This document shows, piece by piece, positions 57,835-64,000 of a DNA stretch of 64,000 bases (positions within the stretch are counted from its first letter, which is position 1; each line of letters opens with the position of its first letter). Where the stretch lies: the IMG/VR virus record IMGVR_UViG_3300032087_006189. The stretch is one strand, 5' to 3'. The position numbers and the translations under genes were made by a program. The DNA is from a virus. The notes below the pieces were generated by a model that saw nothing but the letters and a program-made list of their open reading frames with translations, searched no databases and was not told the DNA's origin.

Positions 57835-60800
57835 CAGCCATCCTCTTTCTTTTCTGGGTCAGGAATAAACCCGGCCACATACGAGATGCCCGTCTTGTTG
57901 AGCGTCTCTGCAGTGAGCTGCACCTGCTCAGAGGTTTTTCGGACATTTTGATCTGTTTGATTTAGCAAATTGGCCATTATCTGCTGCTCGGTCTGTCCTC
58001 CGTCAAGCAAAGAGCGCTTGTCCGTGTCGAGCCCGAGGTCGGCTGCCTTGAGCGCACCAATTGCTGAGCCAAGCTTTTTAGCATCAACCTTAATGCTGCT
58101 GCCGGCAATGCTGCCGCCCTGCTCCTTGACAAGCTTTCGGACTTGGTCCTGGCTTAGGCCCATATCCGTCAACTCGGACATCGTCAGCCCGTCGCGGGCC
58201 GCTCGACTAACCGCGGTAGCAGCCTCTACCCCAAATCCCAGCATCTGGGACTCAACATCATCCGCGCCGGTTGCCACAAACCCTTCTTGTGCGAGCTTTT
58301 GAATGCTGCGCTGCAGGGCAGAGAAGTTGGTCTCTGCCTTCCCGGAGTCAAACTGCCGCTCAAGCCCACTCTCCCTAAGGGCGGCCATACCCAGGCTCGA
58401 CAACTGCTCATCCACTCGCCGCTGGGCTTCCTTGTTGACTAGATTTGAGGCAGCAGTTCCAATCTTCTTAAGGAGGCCTGCATCTACTCCTGATGTTCGT
58501 CGTTCGGACGCATTCCTGCCCGTCTTGTGCTGCATGAGAACTTCGAGATCTCTTACATCCTGAGCAGAGATTTTGAGCCCGAATCTCTTGTTCAGTTTCT
58601 TTGCAGCGGCGTCTGGGTCGTTTCCTGCGATGATGTGATCAATCTCTTTTTGGCTTTTTTCATACTTCTGCAAGAGAGCGGAGCTTTCTCCTCCCTGCTC
58701 AATTCGATCGAATGCTTCCTCGAGGTTGCTATCAACCGCAAATCGTGCCGCAGAAAATAGGGCACCGCTTACCCCACCGAATGCGACATTTTGACCTACT
58801 GACCCTATTTTCTCTATAGAGCCAAAAGCAGCGAAAGGAGAGCTAAAGTCCATCGTGAAGTCAGTCGCGCCTCTCGTACCAAACAGTCTGGAGAGATCTT
58901 GTTGGTCGGAACGGGTAGAATCTACCGAAAGCCCGGCATCTTTCTTGTTTTTGAAGTATTCGGCAAGAAGCTGTTCGGTCCGCTCACGATCTTCCGGGGC
59001 AGCTGATTTCAGGGCAATAGCGGCTGCCCGCTCTTCGTCGATACCGATATTTGTTGCGCTGGCTGCGCCGAGGGGGCTCACAATAGAAAGTGCAGATTTT
59101 GCAGCGACATGCTTGAGCCTGCTGCTCGGATCTGCTTGAAACATTATCTGCCTCAGGGCCCCAGAAATATCTGCGTCTGCAGCAGACTTACCAGAGCCTG
59201 CCGCAAAAACTGCGTTTGCTGCCGATGTACCGCGCACGCGAGACACCATGTCATCGGAGACAGATGGAAGAGCCTGCCCAATCATCCCTCGCCGAGCAGC
59301 TTCCCCAATACCCATGGTCCTGCCAGAGCCGGCGCGACCCATCATGGCAGACATGACAGCCTCATCAAGCGCCTCTTGAGTGGTCCCGATTGTCACGCGA
59401 GTACTTCCTTTCCCCAGCATAAACCTCTCGACATCTTGGCTGCTCTCTATGACCCCTCGGTAGTACGAAGAAGCGGCGTCTGTGAGGGGATTGAAGGCAT
59501 CGGAGATGGTTCCCCCAATACGCTGCGCGGCTCCTGACAGGGTCGCGTTTTCCCGAAGTTCTGCTGCCCTCTGGCTTGCCAAGATCTCTTGTTTTAGCGC
59601 CGACAATCTTTGTCCACGGCCGCTCTTTAGTTCTTGCAGCTTACGAACTGCACGACGATCCATGTTGAACTGGGTCTCAGCAACCAGCTGGAAGAGGTCT
59701 TGATCTTCTCCGGCACCCTCTCCAAACATCTCTTCGGTGATCGATCGAACCATACCAAACAGAGCTTCCTGTCCCTGATCTGACTCGAGCATAGACTCCA
59801 TGATGTCTTGGCGACGGGCCGTAAAGGATGCCTGGCCAATTCGGGAGCCACGCTTCCCTCCCCCGATGTCCATCAGCTCGTTTCTAGACAGGTTGCCTTG
59901 CGCCATACGGCGCAGGATTCCTGCATCGATCTCTCCTGTGAACCTCCCAGACTTATCCGTTGCTCCTGCAGCGAGGAGCATTCCAGTTCCCAGTGCTCCT
60001 GACAATCCTCCCATCGTGCCAGCAAGAGTCTGTTGGGCCATCATCTGCGCAGCCTCAAGCGGGGTTGATGCCCCCGTCATGTCCATCATCTCTTCTGCGC
60101 TCATCTGACCAGTGCGGATGGCGTTCATAAACTCGGCGGTCTTTGCGGTGATCATCCCTGCACCGGCACGACCGGACATCTGAGCTCCGCGGGTCATCCC
60201 TGCGCCAGTTCTCTGCATCTGCGCAAACTGCTGAGAGCTCATGCCAAAGCCGCGCATTAGAGTCATGTTGGCGGTGTTGCCCATGACGTCCTGTGCGGAG
60301 TAAAAACCGGACCCCTTCATATCTTTGAAGATCTGCCCGGCTTCCTCCATTGAGGTGCCCAGAGAGCGAGCCATCTGGTGCATGGTCTTACCGAGCTCGG
60401 TCACCTTCTTTGCCAGCTTCTCGGCGTCCTGCACTCCCTGGTGCATCCCCATTTCGGTGAATCGCTCTGTCGCGCGAAGCGCGTCGGACATCGAAACAAA
60501 CGGGTTGTTCGCGTCGATAGCTCGCACACCACGCTGCAGCGTCATCAGATCGTTTTGGCTGAATCCTCGGCCAGTTGTTGGGTCTCCCGAAGCGTTGACA
60601 AACTGCATGTTGCCAAACATGTTTCCGACGGCATTCGCGTTTTGCACTCCCGTATTTGCAATACTCAGTCCAGCGCCTGCGGCCATAAGCCCAAGACCGA
60701 TCGGCCCGCCGGCTAGGGCCATTGGGCTGGCCATGCCGAGAGAAGCTCCTGTACCTAAGGCGGTTGCTCCGGTAAGGACTCCCAAAGAGGTGGCTCCGCC

Positions 60801-61055
60801 GGCCCCAGCCGCACCACCACCAATTGCGGCAATACTAGGAAAAAACCCGGCGGCAATGCCCGCTCCAGAAGCAAGCATTCCCGCTGCACCCGACATTCCC
60901 GTCGCAAGGCCAAGACCGCCCGTTATCAACCGATTGCCAGCGTACGCCCCACCAGTAGCCTGGGCGTGGCCAGTCGGAGCGTAGCTGAAGGTGGGTGGGT
61001 AGTGCGATGAGCCCATATTGGGCTGCATCGGCATCATTCCGGGCTGCGGATACAT
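57834..61055 (-). CDS. Tape-measure-like protein (~1073 aa)
   Basis: Ala/Gly/Met/Gln-rich and helical, with hydrophobic Gly-rich segments; upstream of the hub genes; ATG 61055 with AGGTG RBS. Confidence 0.6.
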   Translation of the reverse strand: MYPQPGMMPMQPNMGSSHYPPTFSYAPTGHAQATGGAYAGNRLITGGLGLATGMSGAAGMLASGAGIAAGFFPSIAAIGGGAAGAGGATSLGVLTGATALGTGASLGMASPMALAGGPIGLGLMAAGAGLSIANTGVQNANAVGNMFGNMQFVNASGDPTTGRGFSQNDLMTLQRGVRAIDANNPFVSMSDALRATERFTEMGMHQGVQDAEKLAKKVTELGKTMHQMARSLGTSMEEAGQIFKDMKGSGFYSAQDVMGNTANMTLMRGFGMSSQQFAQMQRTGAGMTRGAQMSGRAGAGMITAKTAEFMNAIRTGQMSAEEMMDMTGASTPLEAAQMMAQQTLAGTMGGLSGALGTGMLLAAGATDKSGRFTGEIDAGILRRMAQGNLSRNELMDIGGGKRGSRIGQASFTARRQDIMESMLESDQGQEALFGMVRSITEEMFGEGAGEDQDLFQLVAETQFNMDRRAVRKLQELKSGRGQRLSALKQEILASQRAAELRENATLSGAAQRIGGTISDAFNPLTDAASSYYRGVIESSQDVERFMLGKGSTRVTIGTTQEALDEAVMSAMMGRAGSGRTMGIGEAARRGMIGQALPSVSDDMVSRVRGTSAANAVFAAGSGKSAADADISGALRQIMFQADPSSRLKHVAAKSALSIVSPLGAASATNIGIDEERAAAIALKSAAPEDRERTEQLLAEYFKNKKDAGLSVDSTRSDQQDLSRLFGTRGATDFTMDFSSPFAAFGSIEKIGSVGQNVAFGGVSGALFSAARFAVDSNLEEAFDRIEQGGESSALLQKYEKSQKEIDHIIAGNDPDAAAKKLNKRFGLKISAQDVRDLEVLMQHKTGRNASERRTSGVDAGLLKKIGTAASNLVNKEAQRRVDEQLSSLGMAALRESGLERQFDSGKAETNFSALQRSIQKLAQEGFVATGADDVESQMLGFGVEAATAVSRAARDGLTMSELTDMGLSQDQVRKLVKEQGGSIAGSSIKVDAKKLGSAIGALKAADLGLDTDKRSLLDGGQTEQQIMANLLNQTDQNVRKTSEQVQLTAETLNKTGISYVAGFIPDPEKKEDG

Positions 61056-61081
61056 CAAATATCACCTGTTTGGCGGCATAA
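61055..61081 (+). promoter_or_regulatory. Putative phage promoter TCAAA-N15-GGCATAA
   Basis: Copy 3 of the motif; ~27 nt before ATG 61108. Confidence 0.55.
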
Positions 61082-61107
61082 TACCACTAACGGCACAAGG
61101 AGGTATC

Positions 61108-61497
61108 ATGCTGTTTTTGTTCACTGTGGGCACCGTTGTGGTTGCAGGATTGTCGGAGGCTAAAAAGGCCTGGGACGATGAGGCCAAGGAGCTTGAAGAG
61201 ACTGCCGATCTTCGTGATCGGATCTTTCACCGAGGTGGCTGGGACGAGGTCGAGAATCCTGATTGTACATTTCTCGGACTTCAGCCACTGACCCTCTACA
61301 AGCTTCGCCATGGGTTCATGACTTTGTACGAGGTCCAGAAGCACGGAAAGCCCGAAGGCGCAGAAGAGATCACGCTGCTACTGACTGCGGATGAGATTCT
61401 GATTCTGCAGCAGCACGGCTTCGACAGCGAAGCTGGTCTCTTCGTTTTGGGCTCTGCGTACAAGATGGACGCAGAGAGGAGGGAGCACGCCGCTTGA
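61108..61497 (+). CDS. Hypothetical protein with hydrophobic N-terminus
   Basis: AAGGAGGT RBS; MLFLFTVGTVVVAGLS. Confidence 0.7.
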   Translation: MLFLFTVGTVVVAGLSEAKKAWDDEAKELEETADLRDRIFHRGGWDEVENPDCTFLGLQPLTLYKLRHGFMTLYEVQKHGKPEGAEEITLLLTADEILILQQHGFDSEAGLFVLGSAYKMDAERREHAA

Positions 61498-61510
61498 CGG
61501 CGTGCTCCCT
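61480..61510. terminator. 13-bp hairpin between convergent genes
   Basis: agggagcacgccg-cttga-cggcgtgctccct; the upstream stop codon lies in the loop. Confidence 0.7.
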
Positions 61511-61520
61511 TCGGGGAACC

Positions 61521-61718
61521 TCACGTTAGCCTGCACGGACCCATTGGATCGGGCTTGAGGTTCTCAGAGAACTTCCCAGTTTCTTTAGCCACAATAAATG
61601 ACTTGATGATCGCGCGCTCGAACTTCGCCAGCGGCTCCGCACCCTGGCCGCGGAACCACTTCTCGAAGGCATCAATCTGGGCATCCGCGCGAGCCAAAAT
61701 TTCCTTTCTTTCGGTCAT
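61521..61718 (-). CDS. Hypothetical protein (65 aa, MTERKEIL...)
   Basis: GGAG RBS then ATG 61718; protein-like helical sequence. Confidence 0.55.
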   Translation of the reverse strand: MTERKEILARADAQIDAFEKWFRGQGAEPLAKFERAIIKSFIVAKETGKFSENLKPDPMGPCRLT

Positions 61719-61720
61719 AA
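61694..61720 (+). promoter_or_regulatory. Putative phage promoter CCAAA-N15-GTCATAA
   Basis: Copy 4 of the motif; ~18 nt before the ligase ATG. Confidence 0.55.
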
Positions 61721-61737
61721 CAACTCCGGAGGACAAC

Positions 61738-63036
61738 ATGGAATACCTGACACTCTATAGCACTGCCCGTACTGGAGCAGTGCGCGTTTGGGAAATCGCT
61801 GTCGATGAGGACCGGGTAATCACCCGCTTCGGGCAGCTCGATGGAAAGATGCAGGAAGTCGTGGACTACGGCACTGCGAAGAATGTCGGGCGGAGCAATG
61901 AGATCTCCGCCGAAGAAGATGCAGAAAACATGGCGCGTCGCATGGCGCGTCAGAAGATGTTGAAGGGCTACCGAAAGACCCTGGTTCAAGAATCTGACGG
62001 CTTCAATCCGTTCACGGAGGAGGGGCTGCCCAGTGAGCTGTCCTTCTACAAGCCACAGAACTCCATGAGCAAGAAGATGGAGAAGCTGGTTGAAGCGGAA
62101 GAGGCGTGGGCGCTCCGTAAGTACGATGGCGAAATGATGGTCATCGTGAAAGATCTGGACGGAATCGTAGACATCTACAGCCGGCGCATGCTCAGACATC
62201 ACCACAATGAGGAGGACACCGCTTGGCGAGTTCGATTCAACCACCTTGTGTGTGAGATCGAAAACAATGAGCGCATCCCTTCGGGGACTGTTCTTCTCGG
62301 CGAGATGGTTGCCTCTCCTCAGGAAGACAGCCGCTGGTATGTCGCGAAGGTCTTGAAGAGCCTGACTGACCGGGCAATAGATCTGCAGGAGGAGCACGGG
62401 CGTCTGCACTTCATCTGCTGGGATGTGGCCTGGTCAGGCGGAGAGCAGTTGATCGGCAAAGAATCTGTCGGTGTCCGATTGGATTACTGCAGGCTGTACG
62501 CAGGAACCTATCTCCGAGCCCCAGAGATGTTCTTCACCGGACATCCCTTCGACAGCGTCGACGCTCTCCGAGATCTTGCAGCTCGCAAGGGATGGGAAGG
62601 CTTCGTTGTGATCGATCCAGAGGCTACCTACGGAGACAAGGCGTTCAATCTGCGCGGCAAGCCTGACCGTCCCGCGGGTGCCTGTAAGTTGAAGCCGTGC
62701 TTCGAGGACGACTTCATCGCCTACTTCGATCCTGAAGATGGGCACGGCAAGTACGGCCGCGGCAAGTACACGGGAAAGCTCGGTGCGGTCAGCCTGTACC
62801 AGCACACCTCACTCGGCGGGCTCCAGTACATCTGCGAATGCGGCAACGGGTTCACGAAGGAGTTCATCGAGAACAACTCTGACCCCTCGGACTGGCCGAA
62901 GGTGATCGAAGTCAAGTACGAAAGCCGGACGTACAAGGATGCCGATGGGCACGGTACGAACGCACTTCAGTTTCCGCGATTTGTCCGCGTTCGCGAGGAC
63001 AAGGACCCGGACGAGTGCATCAACCCGGAGCTGTGA
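61738..63036 (+). CDS. ATP-dependent DNA ligase with N-terminal WGR-like domain
   Basis: GGAGG RBS, ATG 61738; KYDG, YSR, LLGEM, WD, EGFVV, KLKP, GNGF, FPRF; N-terminal VWEI...VITRFGQLDG. Confidence 0.93.
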   Translation: MEYLTLYSTARTGAVRVWEIAVDEDRVITRFGQLDGKMQEVVDYGTAKNVGRSNEISAEEDAENMARRMARQKMLKGYRKTLVQESDGFNPFTEEGLPSELSFYKPQNSMSKKMEKLVEAEEAWALRKYDGEMMVIVKDLDGIVDIYSRRMLRHHHNEEDTAWRVRFNHLVCEIENNERIPSGTVLLGEMVASPQEDSRWYVAKVLKSLTDRAIDLQEEHGRLHFICWDVAWSGGEQLIGKESVGVRLDYCRLYAGTYLRAPEMFFTGHPFDSVDALRDLAARKGWEGFVVIDPEATYGDKAFNLRGKPDRPAGACKLKPCFEDDFIAYFDPEDGHGKYGRGKYTGKLGAVSLYQHTSLGGLQYICECGNGFTKEFIENNSDPSDWPKVIEVKYESRTYKDADGHGTNALQFPRFVRVREDKDPDECINPEL

Positions 63037-63038
63037 GT

Positions 63039-63067
63039 AAGGGGGCCTTTCGGGGCCCCCTTCTTTT
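63039..63067. terminator. UUCG-loop terminator between convergent genes
   Basis: aagggggcct-ttcg-gggccccctt-ctttt. Confidence 0.8.
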
Positions 63068-63443
63068 AGCCCCCAAAGATGAAAGCTTCCTTCGGGTGCC
63101 CCGCTTCTTCCTTCGCGGCCTCTGCGGCCTTGAACTCGATCTCCCGGAGTTCGGCCTGCTGTGCGCGCTCTTCTTCGGCCTGGGCACGGATGGTATCGAT
63201 CTCCTGTGACCGGGCGTCGATTGCCTCATCTGTGAGGACATCGCCGTCCACCAGCAGGGAGCGGATGGACGCAAGCGTGGTGTCGTGTGACTCCACCGCC
63301 TGTCCTATCACGGCGTCGTTGTCGAACAGACGACGGACTTCCATGATGAGAAGATCAATCCCTTCAGACTGAATCTTCTCCATCGTAGCGATTCTTTGCT
63401 CGAGCTCTTCTACTCTGGCTTCGAGTCTTTCAGTACGGGTCAT
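63066..63443 (-). CDS. Hypothetical acidic coiled-coil protein
   Basis: TGATG coupling; 125 aa. Confidence 0.7.
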   Translation of the reverse strand: MTRTERLEARVEELEQRIATMEKIQSEGIDLLIMEVRRLFDNDAVIGQAVESHDTTLASIRSLLVDGDVLTDEAIDARSQEIDTIRAQAEEERAQQAELREIEFKAAEAAKEEAGHPKEAFIFGG

Positions 63444-63709
63444 CAGTCAATTTCCTCGCTAAGAATGGTACGGACTTCCTTCTCCATCTCGGCAACGCCG
63501 TCCTCCAGTTCCTCTACAATCTCCTCGATGAGATCGGTCGAAACTGGTGCGCCTTCGCACGAGATCTGGGCCAAAGGCTCAGGAACCCCATCACGAGGCA
63601 AGAACCGCGTGCGGAGAATCTGAGCAAGGGTAGACTGCACTGCAGCCCGCCCCTTCAGCTCCTTCACCTCTGTAATCACGGACCCCACAGTCTTCGATGC
63701 TGCTGGCAT
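63443..63709 (-). CDS. Hypothetical protein
   Basis: AAGGAG RBS before ATG 63709 (MPAASK). Confidence 0.65.
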   Translation of the reverse strand: MPAASKTVGSVITEVKELKGRAAVQSTLAQILRTRFLPRDGVPEPLAQISCEGAPVSTDLIEEIVEELEDGVAEMEKEVRTILSEEID

Positions 63710-63735
63710 GAAAAAACTCCTTTTTTCTGCCATAA
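63709..63735 (+). promoter_or_regulatory. Putative phage promoter TGAAA-N15-GCCATAA
   Basis: Copy 5 of the motif; immediately upstream of the candidate ncRNA. Confidence 0.55.
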
Positions 63736-63742
63736 CACTATC

Positions 63743-63984
63743 GTGAAGAAACTGAGAAGTCTCCGGAGAAATCGAGGAAGTACTCACCGCACCCAGGGCG
63801 TACTGGACTGTCCGGGAAAGCTGGGTGTGCTTCTTTTGTTAAGTAATGCCTACCGACGTTTCCGCATGGCTGACAGGGACAGTCTAATGCTGTCCTTAAT
63901 GTCTTCGGGTGAAAAGCCGGCACCGAGACCGGCAATCCCGAGAGTCCTTCCTTTCCTACCCTTGAGATTAGGTCTATTCTTCAC
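63743..63984 (+). ncRNA. Candidate structured ncRNA (~242 nt), family not recognised
   Basis: Terminal stem GTGAAGAA/TTCTTCAC, nested long-range helices and three internal hairpins; starts ~8 nt after the promoter motif. Confidence 0.55.
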
Positions 63985-64000
63985 CGCCCCCTTGATCCCG

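Noticed and set aside
61555-61737. N-terminal extension of the ligase ORF
   Set aside because: Strong GGAGG RBS before ATG 61738; the region holds the promoter motif and an opposite-strand ORF
63743-63984. RNase P, SRP or hammerhead identity for the candidate ncRNA
   Set aside because: GAGGAAG and GTCCGGGAAAGC resemble RNase P CR-I and SRP helix 8 only loosely; no matching CR-V/P4 partner or CUGANGA core found
1-64000. CRISPR array, tRNA/rRNA genes, integrase or transposase
   Set aside because: No regularly spaced direct repeats, cloverleaf/T-loop signatures or recombinase/transposase motifs seen by eye; the Cas4-like gene stands alone
63743-64000. Open plus-strand frame from GTG 63743 to the window end
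   Set aside because: No RBS, not protein-like, and coincides with extensive RNA pairing; a leaderless ORF cannot be fully excluded
1-64000. Stop-codon reassignment
   Set aside because: Genes are long, tightly coupled and end in TAA, TAG and TGA under the standard code

Overview
This window is a 64-kb segment of a large tailed dsDNA phage genome with a contractile-type baseplate; no host housekeeping genes are present. It has four blocks. (1) 1-6948, mostly minus strand: the N-terminal part of a phage-encoded multisubunit RNA polymerase beta-like subunit (missed by the ORF track because it runs off the window), a portal protein and putative head proteins rich in a K-x-A-[S/A] motif. (2) 7030-21654, plus strand: a replication/recombination operon with SF2 helicase, family-4 UDG, DnaB, DnaG, SSB-like protein, PolA, HU, RecA, two resolvases and a Cas4-like nuclease. 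(3) 21659-61055, minus strand: a tail/baseplate module with three giant proteins (1.6-2.3 kaa), a hub carrying an M15-type peptidase, a tape-measure-like protein and an embedded sigma28/FliA-like sigma factor. (4) 61108-64000: ATP-dependent ligase, small genes and a non-coding tail. The main signal not explained by the gene list is a sigma28-like bipartite motif, (T/C)(G/C)(A/C)AA-N15/16-GNCATAA, found at all five divergent strand switches. One copy sits just upstream of a ~242-nt highly base-paired candidate ncRNA (63743-63984). Together with the phage RNAP subunit, and a sigma factor carrying the same K-x-A-A motif as the head proteins, this suggests a self-contained and possibly virion-packaged RNAP/sigma/promoter system. 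All calls come from motif reading by eye; no searches or folding programs were run.
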